Origin: Octopus vulgaris
Taxonomy: Eukaryota
Assembly: GCA_951406725.2 (NCBI GenBank)
Contig: OX597833.1
Location: forward strand, 58,404,001-58,468,000
Direction: 5' to 3'
Length of the DNA stretch: 64,000 nucleotides
This document shows positions 39,925-52,500 of this stretch, one piece after another (within the stretch, counting starts at the first letter, position 1; every line of letters begins with the position of its first letter). The translations under genes were made by a program, and so were the position numbers. The notes beneath the pieces are model-generated. The model saw only the letters and a program-made list of their open reading frames with translations. It ran no database searches and was not told the origin of the DNA.

Positions 39925-40198
39925 ATGACCATGATGAAACCAAAGGACAAGGGAAAAGATCCTGCCACACCTATTAGGGTGTCTGGTCATGAACAGCCAA
40001 GGCCCCAAATCATTGAACCACCGGACGGCGGCTGGGGTTGGGTCGTGACCTTCGCTTCGTTCCTTTGCAATGTGATTGTGGACGGGATATGTCTTTCGTA
40101 TGGGTCGATAAAGCAAGTCTTTGAGGACCACTTTGGTGTCACGGCAACAGCATCGACCCTGATTGGCTCTCTGTTAACAGGCAGTTACCTCATGATTG
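39925..40198 (+). CDS. MCT coding exon 1 (MTMMKPK...PPDGGWGW...GSYLMI-G)
   Basis: Acceptor tttttcttatttgttacAG at 39829; in-frame TAG at 39838-40 precedes the first ATG at 39925; donor G|gtaagt at 40199. Confidence 0.9.
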
Positions 40199-40920
40199 GT
40201 AAGTCATATCTATGTGTCTGTCCATCCATCTATCTATCTATCTATCTATATATATATATATATATATATACAAAATTTAAAGGACTGACCACTAAAAGTG
40301 GACGGTCAATATGTTAGATATAGACGTCAAAATCGCTGTTCTCTTGAACACATTCTTCGTGGAAAAAAGCAATTTTGACGTCTATATCTAGCATATTGAC
40401 CGTCCACTTTTAGTGGTCAGTCCTTTAAATTTTGCATGTAAAAAATATTATAATCTTCGGATTTTTTTAATATGCTGGGCCACTGGTTTTAATTGATTAA
40501 TATCAATTTCTACCCTTATTCAATTTTATATATACTCTTACTCTTTACTCTTTTACTTGTTTCAGTCATTTGACTGCGGCCATGCTGGAGCAACGCCTTT
40601 AATCGAGCAACTCGACCCCGGGACTTATTCTTTTGTAAGCCCAGTACTTATTCTATCGGTCTCTTTTGCCGAACCGCTAAGTAACGGGGACGTATACACA
40701 CCAGCATCGGTTGTCAAGCAATGCTAGAGGGACAAACACACACACGCATATATATATATACATATATATGACGGGCTTCTTTCAGTTTCCGTCTACCAAA
40801 TCCACTTTGGTCGGCCCGAGGCTATAGTAGAGTATACTTGCCCAAGGTGCCACACAGTGGGACTGAACCCGGAACTATGTGGTTGGTAAACAAGTTACTT
40901 ACCACACAGCCACTCCTGCG

Positions 40921-40971
<51 letters not shown>

Positions 40972-43900
40972 CGCCCTTTAATTCAGGGAATTCCCGGTTA
41001 AGGTTATCGATTTCAAGTAGATACATCCCCACTAGGTCCATCACTTCCGCTGAATCCGGTGAGCCCATGGTGATGTCAAATAAATTGGGTGTGTCTTTTC
41101 TAGCCCATAGTTTGTTATCAAATTCTATTAATATATATATATATCAATATATATATATATATATATATTCATTCTTTTTCACTTGTTTCAGTCATTGAAC
41201 TACAGCCATGTTGCAGTAAAGGAATAAACACAAAGGCATACACACAGATGTTTGCACACACAAACACACACACACATCTGGTTCGCCAGACCTCAGTCAA
41301 AATCGTCCAACCCATGCTAGCATGGAAAGCGGACGTTAAACAATGATGATGATGATGATGATGATGATGAATATTCTTATTCCTGCTATTTTCCTTTCTA
41401 CAAGTATGTAAGGAATTGTGAGGCACTCATCCAGTGCCAACCTCATTTCCTACAGACGTATAGAAGATTCCATAAGTTATGTAGACCCCTTGAACACAGA
41501 CAGGATTCTTAACCAAATCTATGTCCTCGACAAAAATATTGTTACCCTTTCTTCCTGCCACAAGTTTCCTCACCATTTATTGCTGTTTTCTTTTGTTTGA
41601 TATTTTTCCAGGTCCTTTTGCAAGTACACTGGCCACGAAATATGGATGTCGTAAGGTTACCATTGCTGGCAGTATCTTTGCAGCGGCTGCATTTTTTATT
41701 AGTAGTTTTTCATCCAGCATCCAGATGTTGATAGTGACCTATGGAATTCTGGGAGGTAAGTGGTGATGGGGATGGGGATGGTGGTGGTGGTGGTGGTGGT
41801 TTATATGTGTGTTTATTGTTGTTCTGTGCGTGTGTGTCTGTGTGTTTTGAAGTGATTGTGTTGTGTTTGCCTTGATGTGATTGTGTGTGTGTTGATGTGA
41901 GTGTGTGTGTGTTTTGAAGTGATTGTGTTGTGTGTGTGTGTGTTAATGTGATTGTGTGTGTGTGTGTGTGTGTTTTGAAGTGATTGTGTTGTGTGTGTGT
42001 GTGTTTGATGTGATTGTGTGTGTGTGTGTAATGATGTGATTGTGTATGTCTGTGTTTTGAAGTGATAGTGTGTGCGTGTGTGTGTGTTTTGAAGTGATTG
42101 TGTGTGCGTGTGTGTGTGTTTTGAAGTGATTGTGTTGTGTGTGTGTTGATGTGATTGTGTGTGTGTGTGTTTTGAAGTGATTGTGTGTGTGTTGATGTGA
42201 TTGTATGTGTGTTGATGTGATTGTGTGTGTCTGTGTGATTTTGTGCTTGAGGAGACCTATTGAGTGAAGTACATCAACATAAAAATCAAAATCAAATGGA
42301 AATTGTAGTTGTGGTACCCATGCCGGTGGCATGTAAAAAGCACCATCCGAACGTGGCCGATGCCAGCGCCGCCTAACTGGTGTCTGTGTCGGTGACACGT
42401 AAAAAGCACCAACCGATCGTGGACGTTTGCCAGCCTCCTCTGTTCCCTGTGCCAGTGACACGTAAAAAGCACCCACTACACTCACAGAGTGGTTGGCGTC
42501 AGGAAGGGCATCCAGCCGTAGAAACTCTATCGGATCAAGATTGGAAACTGGTGCAGCCTCCTGGCTTCCCAGACCCCGGTCGAACCGTCCAACCCATGCT
42601 AGCATGGAAAATGGACGTTAAACGATGATGATGTGTTTTGTCTGTGTATTGATGTGGTTATGTATGTGTAGCGAAGTGATTGTTCAAGGACCCAACACAT
42701 ATCCCAGTCCAGGAATTGAACTTACAACCTCATAATGCTCGAACCACTGAGCTATGCACCTTCACATATGCACGCACGCACACGCACACACACACACACA
42801 CACACACTTGTGTGTGATGGGCTTCATTCAGTTCCAGTCTATCAAAATCACTCAAAAGACTTAAGAATCATCCCAGACTTATAGCCTGACGCTTACCAAT
42901 TTGCTGCATGATGGAAACTGAACCCAAGACCAATTAGATGGGAAGCAAGCTTCTCAGCCTCCAGCCATGCCCCTACCTGTGAAATATTTAACCCTTTAGC
43001 ATTCAGACTTCTTTGTCAAATGTATTGCTTATTCATTCGCATTTTTTTCTTTCTACCTTTAACCCTCCAACGCGGCGTATAGGCCTCTTATAATTGAATT
43101 CCACATGGTTTGGAGACAAGCTTCTTAACCACACAACCATGCCTGCACCAAATTATTATATGTAATTTTTTCATGAAAAAGAAATACGGTTTTTAATTAA
43201 AGCTTTCTTTTTTTTTTCTTTTTGCAGGCATCGGATTTGGATTTATCTACCTTCCTTCAATTGTGATAATCGGGTATTGGTTTGAGAAAAAACGAGCTTT
43301 TGCTACAGGGGTTGCAGTTTGTGGAATGGGTCTCGGTACTTTTATCTTCCCACCTCTTACTGAGTACTTGCTGCAGAAGTACAACTGGCAAGACTGTGTG
43401 ATAATCATATCAGGACTGATACTCAACTGTGCTGTGTGCGGAGCCCTTTTTCGTCCGGTCCGTCCACAGACGAAGCGGATGAAACGGGGCTTCGTCGCAC
43501 GGGGCTCGATCATGCGAGCCCTCATTGAGGAGAAAAAGCGACAGCGTACCATATCTAACGGATCTCTCGACAACTGTATCATCACCAACGACAACCGTCT
43601 CATCAAATTGGATTGTATCGGCTCCAACCGTAGCAGTATTGCATCCTACTTTCAGCGGTCGAGGAGCCCACACAGTTCAAAGTGCCCCAGCAGGAGCAGC
43701 CTGCTACCACAAAACATAGTTGTCGAGTCCTTTAGGGTGGATGGCACGACTACGAAACCCATGAGCTCAAACTTGCTGAAACCCCCTGCTGTCCCAGCTA
43801 TCCACTCGATGGACATTCCTGAAAGCAACAAGCTGATCACGAACAGTGTGTCCCTTATGCCCAAAGCGAAAAGTTGTGATTCCCTCACGCCTGAGGACCC

Positions 43901-46900
43901 TTGGGACAAACTCTCTGAGGAGGGCTCATTGAGCACTCGTAGCCTCAGTTATGTCGGCGTCAGTGACTCGCGTATTGAGATAAACACGCCCTCGGCTGAG
44001 GCATCGGCTGTGAACAGCACGTCGGCGAGCCCATGCGAAAGCAGGTGCGAAAGCCGACAGACTATTAACACATCAAACCAGGAAGACCCCCCCAAATGTT
44101 ATCTTTACAATTGTAACAGTGATTTACCACCTTGCCTTATGGGCTCCAGTATTGTTAGCATTGCTAAATTCCAGGCCAGTATTCGAAGTTTGGAAAGCAT
44201 TTACGAAAACAATGGACACTCAAGAAAACTTCTACAGATGTTCCAGGAAATAATTGATCTGTCACTATTCCGAAATTTGACGTTCTGTGTTTTGCTTCTC
44301 TCTACATTTCTTAGCATGTTAGGTAAGTTGGTTTTTTTTTTTTTTTTTTTTTTTTTTTTGTCATCATTTGCTGTCTCTTTTACTAAATGCTGACACTACC
44401 ACCACTGACAAATGGCTCAGATGCCATTCAACACCACTCATTACTATTGCTACAAGCACTACCAACAACACCACTCATTACTATTGCTACAAGCACTACC
44501 AACAACACCACTCATTACTATTGCTACAAGCACTACCAACAACACCACTCATTACTATTGCTACAAGCACTACCAACAGCACCACCACCACCACCACCAA
44601 CAACAAGACTACCGCTCACCACCAATACTGTCATAAGCTTTCTTACCATCATAACGACTACTGCTACCAGCATTCTCACTTCTGTTGTTACCACCACCAT
44701 CACCACTATCATCACCATTATCACCACCTTCTCTGCCGCCACCACCAAGACCACAAGTAGCACCACAACCAGCACCATCACCATCACCACCACCCACTTC
44801 TGCTGTTACCACCACCATCACCATCTTTATCATTACTACCACCACCACCATCACCACTATCTTCACCATCATCCTCACCTCTGTATCACCACCTTCTCTG
44901 CCACTACCACCAAGACCACAACTAGCACCACCACCCACTTCTGCTGTTACCACCACCACCACCACCACCACCATCTTTATCATTACTACTACCACCACCA
45001 TCACCATCTTTATCATTACTACCACCACCATCACCACTATCTTCACCATCATCCTCACCTCTGTATCACCACCTTCTCTGCCACTACCACCAAGACCACA
45101 ACTAGCACCACCACCCACTTCTGCTGTTACCACCACCACCACCATTTTTATCATTACTACTACCACCACCATCACCATCTTTATCATTACTACCACCACC
45201 ATCACCACTATCATCAACATCATCCTCACCTCTGTATCACCACCTTCTCTGCCACTACCACCAAGACCACAACTAGCACCACCACCCACTTCTGCTGTTA
45301 CCACCACCACCACCATCTTTATCATTACTACTACCACCACCATCACCATCTTTATCATTACTACCACCACCATCACCACTATCATCACCATCACCTCTGT
45401 ATCACCACCTTCTCTGCCACTACCACCAAGACCACAACTAGCACCACCACCCACTTCTGCTGTTACCACCACCACCACCATCACCATCTTTATCATTACT
45501 ACCACCACCACCATCACCATCTTTATCATTACTACCACCACCATCACCACTATCATCAACATCATCCTCACCTCTGTATCACCACCTTCTCTGCCACCAC
45601 CACCAAGACCACAACTAGCACCACCACCCACTTCTGCTGTTACCACCACCACCACCACCATCTTTATCATTACTACTACCACCACCATCACCATCTTTAT
45701 CATTACTACCACCACCATCACCACTATCATCAACATCATCCTCACCTCTGTATCACCACCTTCTCTGCCACCACCACCAAGACCACAACTAGCACCACCA
45801 CCCACTTCTGGTGTTACCACCACCATCACCACCACCATCTTTATCATTACTACTACCGTCATCCTCACCTCTATTATCACCACCTTCTCTGCCACCACCA
45901 CCACCCACCACCATCATCACCATCATCACCATCATCCTCACCTCTATTATCACCACCTTCTCTGCCGCCACCACCACCACCATCACCACCACCACCACCA
46001 CCACCATCACCTTTATCATTACTACTACCACCACCATCACCATCACCACTATCATCACCATCATCCTCACCTCTATTATCACCACCTTCTCTGCCACCAC
46101 CACCACCACCACCACCACCATCACCACCACCACCACCACCACCATCACCATCTTTATCATTACTACCACCACCATCACCATCACCACTATCATCACCATC
46201 ATCCTCACCTCTATTATCACCACCTTCTCTGCCACCACCACCACCACCACCACCACCACCACCACCACCATCACCATCTTTATCATTACTACCACCACCA
46301 TCACCATCACCACTATCATCACCATCATCCTCACCTCTATTATCACCACCTTCTCTGCTGCCACCACCACCACCATCACCACCACCACCACCATCACCAT
46401 CTTTATCATTACTACCACCACCATCACCACTATCATCACCATCATCCTCACCTTTGTTATCACCACCTTCTCTGCCACCACCACCACCACCACCAAGACC
46501 ACAACCAGCACTACCACCACCACCATCATCAACATCATTACTACCTCTAACTTCTATAGCTATATAAAAAAAAAAACAAAGATAGAAAACATAAATAAAA
46601 ACATATATATATTTCTTGTTCCCAGGTTTTTTCATCCCGGTTGTCTATTTGCCCGCATTGGCCCAGCAAATTGGCATGAACAGCCAGGAATCATCATACC
46701 TCGTGTCGGTCAGCGGTGTTACGAACATTGTTGGACGGCTACTCTCAGGTTTTCTGGCTGACCGTCCAGTCTTCGGTGCGCTACACATCAACAACACAGC
46801 ACTCATAATGGTAGGATTGTGCACCATCTTCTGCCCGTTTCTCAAGGACAAGACCACGCTCAATATCTACAGCGGCATCTATGGTCTTGGAGTGGGTAAG

Positions 46901-48705
46901 TAGGGGACGGAGGTCCATTTGCCCCTTCTCCTCATTTCGTCTTTTCTTTTTATTGTTTGTTTTATTATGCTTTTATTCTTTTACTTGTTTAAAGTCATAT
47001 GACTGTGGCCATGCTGGAGCACCGCCTTTAATCGAAACTAATCGGCCCCCAGGACTTATTCTTTGTAAACCTAGTACTTATTCTATCAGTGGGTCTGAGA
47101 TTATAAATATCTTGGGTCATACATATCATCATCTGGAAAAGACTTTCTAACTAAAAAGGGTATGGCTTGGTCAGCCTGTAATGACATGCATAAGATCTGG
47201 TCATCAAATCTAAGTAGAGACTTCAAACTTGAAATCTTCAAAGCCACAGTCGAACCAATTCTACTATATGGCTCAGAAACTTGGACATTATCAAAGAAGC
47301 TTGAGAGGCGGTTGGATGGAACCTACACTCGCCTCCTTATGAGAGCTCAAAATCTCTCGTGGAGGCGCCATCCAACCAAAATGCAAATATATGGGAAATT
47401 ACCACCTGTGTCATCTCTTGTGAAAGGTAGGAGAGTCCAGTTTGCTGGACATTGTTGTAAAGCTGAAAAAGAAGTAATTTCTACTCTTCTCCTTTGGAAG
47501 CCAGCTACTCGCAACACCAGAGGGCGCACACTCTCCTACCCTGATGTAATCTCCAGGGATACAGGCATCCAGCAACAGGACCTCCGTAATGCTATGATGG
47601 ACCGTGAATTCTGGCATAACATAGTAAATTCCATTGTCTCGACCATGGTCAAACAATGATGATGATGATGGGTCTGAGGTTCAAATACTTTCTTTTTTAA
47701 ATTTTTTTTGTTTTTCCCCTTTTTGCGATATTTAATTTAATTTTGCTTTTCTTTTCTTTTTTTTTTCTTTGCTTTTTTTTTGCAGCTGCCTTTGTCTCAC
47801 TGAGGTCCGTTTTACTTGTGGATCTACTCGGCTTGGGTCAACTGACCAAATCGTTTGGATTACTTACGCTTTTCCAAGGTATTGCCACAATGGCAGGACT
47901 ACCACTAGGAGGTGAGTGACCCTCTTCTCGTGATCTTTATTGGAAATAATTCTATGTTGTGTGTGTATGTATATATATGTATATATATATATATATATAT
48001 CACAAGAGCGGAATAGCCAGATGTTTGGATAGATAGACAGATAAAAAGGTGACCATTGAAATATATATATAAGTAGCAGAGAGAGGGCCAGAGGATAAAA
48101 TATATAGATAGAGGGTTAAGAGTTGTGTATAAGATATATAATAGATAAATATATATAACAGAGATATATATATATATATATATATATACAAATATACAAT
48201 AGATAAATATACATAACAGATATATATATAGATAAATATACATAACAGATATATATATATATACAAATATACAATAGATAAATATACATAACAGATATAT
48301 ATATATACAAATATACAATAGATAAATATACATAACAGATATATATATATACAAATATACAATAGATAAATATACATAACAGATATATATATATATACAA
48401 ATATACAATAGATAAATAAATATAACAGATATATATATATATATATACAAATATACAATAGATAAATATAATATAACAGATATATATATATACAAATATA
48501 CAATAGATAAATATACATAACAGATATATATATATACAAATATACAATAGATAAATAAATATAACAGATATATATATATACAAATATACAATATATAAAT
48601 ATCATCTATTCGCCAACATCATGATAAATATATATAAAAGATATATATATATACAAATATACAATAGATAAATATATATAACGGATATACAATAGATAAA
48701 TATGT

Positions 48706-48755
<50 letters not shown>

Positions 48756-48894
48756 AGATAAATATATATAACAGATATATATATATATATATATATATAC
48801 AATAGATAAATATATATAACAGATATATATATATATATATATATACAAATATACAATAGATAAATATATGTATCTATGTATATATATATATAAT

Positions 48895-48935
<41 letters not shown>

Positions 48936-49503
48936 AGGTAAAGACATTTGGATATATAATAGCAGATGGTTTAGATTGCCAGCGTGTTTCTCATTGGTTC
49001 ACAAGTTTTTGGCTTATTTGCTCTGATGCCTTTGATGTAGACATAACTCCTGACATTGTTCTGTTTCTCATTTACCCTTCCAGTGCTAATTACCATTTTC
49101 CTTCATGCATACCACATAACCCCCTTATATAATAGATGTACCCATTTCCTATGATCTTGCTCCATGTAGTCAACGAGGGAGCCTCTACATGGATACCCAA
49201 GCCTGCTAGAAATAGATGCCAAATCCCTTTCTAATTATATATAATCTTACTATCTTAAAAAAAAAAATATTGCGTGAATCTGGAAAATTTAAAAGAAAAA
49301 AAAATGGAAATTGACAAGATGGTCAAGATTGAAATATCTTTGATCATACATATACGTGTTCTACTCGAACAAGGTTGACCTGGGGCTAAACAGTAATGGT
49401 TGCTATAGCAACCCTACTTAATCCCTCGTTCCCTCATGCTTGTAATTGTTCGCCAACATCGCTAAGAATTTCGTCCGGCGCGCTAATGTTTCTGCCAGCG
49501 CGC

Positions 49504-49555
<52 letters not shown>

Positions 49556-52500
49556 TCGTTGCATGTAAGCGAGTATGACCTGGTAACCTGTACTCTTCTT
49601 TCACTATCTATCTTAGGTGCCTGTCTTATCATGAGCAGACACAGATACCCTCTCAGCCATCCCACCCTTGACCCAGCAGAACATTGAGGACATGACAGCT
49701 GGAAGTGACAAAGGGCCATGTCAGCTCTTGACTGGTTAGAATTTTCAGCTGAGCAGACTGGAGCAGTGTGAAAGGAAATGTGCATTGCTGAAGTTCACAA
49801 TGTGCTGCCCGGTCCAGGAATTGAACCTGTGGTCTTCTGATCATGAGCACAACATTGTAACCACTAAACTTCGTGCTTGTGAAGGCATGTAAACTGGTCA
49901 AAGCATAGTCAGTTCGCATTACCCCATAAGGAGTATAGGGTTAGTTTCACTGACGTATATACTCCCCCCTGGATGGGATGCTAGTCCATCACAGGATTAT
50001 TCTTTTTCACCAGCTGAGTGGACTGGAGCAACTGAAAATATAGTGCTTTGACTAACAACACATCGCCCAGTCCAGGAACTGAAACCACAATCTTACGATC
50101 ATGAGTCCAACACCCCAACAAATACACCATACACCCCCAATGGTCAAAGCATAAGTTACTAAAATGAATGGTGAAAATAGATGACCTCAAAGTAGTTCAA
50201 ATCCAGTCTGGGACTATGTGCATCAAAGACCAGCAACTTGTGATGTTTTTACATGTTTTCATATTTGCTCCATGGTCTACATGGTATATTAATTATATCA
50301 TACCTTACATATAAAAATATCTTTACATATCCATACCCCCACTTCAATCTCTGGTTGTATTTATATAAGCAAAAGTTAAACACAAAAGACAATCTAAAAG
50401 CCATCAACAATCCAGTGGCTCACAAATGTATTTGATTTGAAAAAGGTTTTCGAAAAAGTTTCCATGGCCCAAATGGACCTCAGGGATCCATTTAATGGGT
50501 CGTGACTAAGCTACTGCCAACCCACTTGTATATATATCCAGGATAAAAACACCTGGCAGTGATCAAAGATCAAACCAATTGAAATATATTTTGAAGATGT
50601 AAATTTTAAGAACTGTTCAATCACTAGAGATGAAGTTGATAATCTGAACAATTATAATCTTATTAACAAGACCTTGTGTCAGGCATTTAGATGCTTAATT
50701 CGAAGAAAAAAAATGGTTTTTGGTTAGACTTCATGATGGGACTATGTAGAAATCCAATAGTAGTGATGATGATGATGATAGATAAAATTCATTTTAAATA
50801 TAGTGTAACTACAGTAGAGAGGGAGAGGGCAATACTACTGTATGGAGGGGCTATAATAAGACCACTGTGGGGAGGATCAAAATGCTGCAGGAAAAGATTT
50901 TGGTATTGCCATTGTGGGGTGGGACCTTGAGAATAGCCCTTCATGGAGGGAGCTTGATAATGCCACTGTGAGGAAGGACTTTGAGAATACCACAATATCA
51001 CTTTGAGGAACTAAACTGAGGAGGGACTTTGAGAAATGCCACTGTGGGAGGGTCCTCTCTGTGGGGAGGGACCTTGAGAATACCACTTTAAGGAGTGACT
51101 TTGAGAATGCCACTGTGGGGAGGGTCCTTGAGAATGTCTCTGTGGGGAGGGTCCTTGAGAATGTCTCTGTTCTCTGTGGGGAGGGTCCTTGAGAATGCTG
51201 CTTTGAGGAGGGACCTTGGGAATGCCACTGTGGGGAGGGTCCTTGAGAACACCACTGTGGAGAGGGTCCTTAAGAATATCTCTGTGGGGAGGATCCTTGT
51301 AAATGCCACTCTGCGGGTGGATCTTAATAATATCTCAGTGGGGAGGGACCTTGATATTACCTCAGTGGGGAGGGCCCTAAGAACCTTAAGAATGCTTCTT
51401 ATGCTTCAATGTTTTTTTTTTTTTGTTTTGTTTTTCCCTCACTTCCTTTTCTATAATTTATTACTTTAGAGTTGAAATACCTAAGTGAGTAAAAATGCTG
51501 TCCCCTTATCATAAGATTGTGAAATCAAATGCCCTGCAGATATTTTATCATGTTTCTGAGCAAAGATCTTTTAGCATATACTGCTTTAGGTGCTTTGGTT
51601 GCTAGTGGAAAAGCAAGCAAGATCACCTCCTTTTAGTGTCACTAGCACCTGGGGCTAACGAGGTAAGGTGTCAATAATTCAAAGGATTCTCCTTCAGCAC
51701 AGACCAACTTAATTTATCGACCCCGAAAGGATGAAAGGCTAAGTCGACGTCGGTGGAATTTGAACTCAGAACGTTAAGACAGACGTGGGCAAGTTTGAAA
51801 GAACTTTAAAAGACGGCGAACTGGCAGAAACGTTAGCACACCGGGCGTAATACGTAGCGGTATTTTGTCTGTCTTAACGTTCTGAGTTCAAATTCCGCCG
51901 ACGTCGACTTAGCCTTTCATCCTTTCGGGGTCGATAAATTAAGTTGGTCTGCGACTTCAAGTAGCAGTTCTCCATTCTCTTGTCAATAGAGTGTAGATGG
52001 AGCATAGAGAAGAATAGGGAACTATTGGGTACAGTTTAAATAAAAAAAAAAACAGGAGATGGAAGAAAAAGAGTGGTTAACAGTATGCACTCAAACAACA
52101 GGCAAATACAGGTATATCAAATACTATACAACATAAAATTTTGGTTTATTAAAATGATATCTCCATTTAGAGGATATATCACTATTACCAAATGGTAATT
52201 AAGACCAGTTCTGTGTATGAGAAGAGACAACCCTAAGAACCAAGAACTCTCCAAAGCTAACATGCCATTAAGAAAAGGGACAGGCCCACTGTCTTGAGAC
52301 CAGAGGAGAGTTGTGGACAAGTGTCTCTGGCCCAACAGCTGCTATCAGCATAATTGTCCAACCTTATCTATAGCAGCCAAGGGAACTTAACCGATACAAA
52401 AAGAGCAGAACCCATGCACATAAAAAGCACCATCCGATCGTGGCCATTTGCCAGCCTCCCCTGGCACCTGTGCTGGTGGCACGTAAAAAGCACCAACTGA

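Noticed and set aside
44368-46761. His/Thr/Pro-rich ORFs up to 726 aa
   Set aside because: They lie between the exon-3 donor and exon-4 acceptor and consist of trinucleotide minisatellite.
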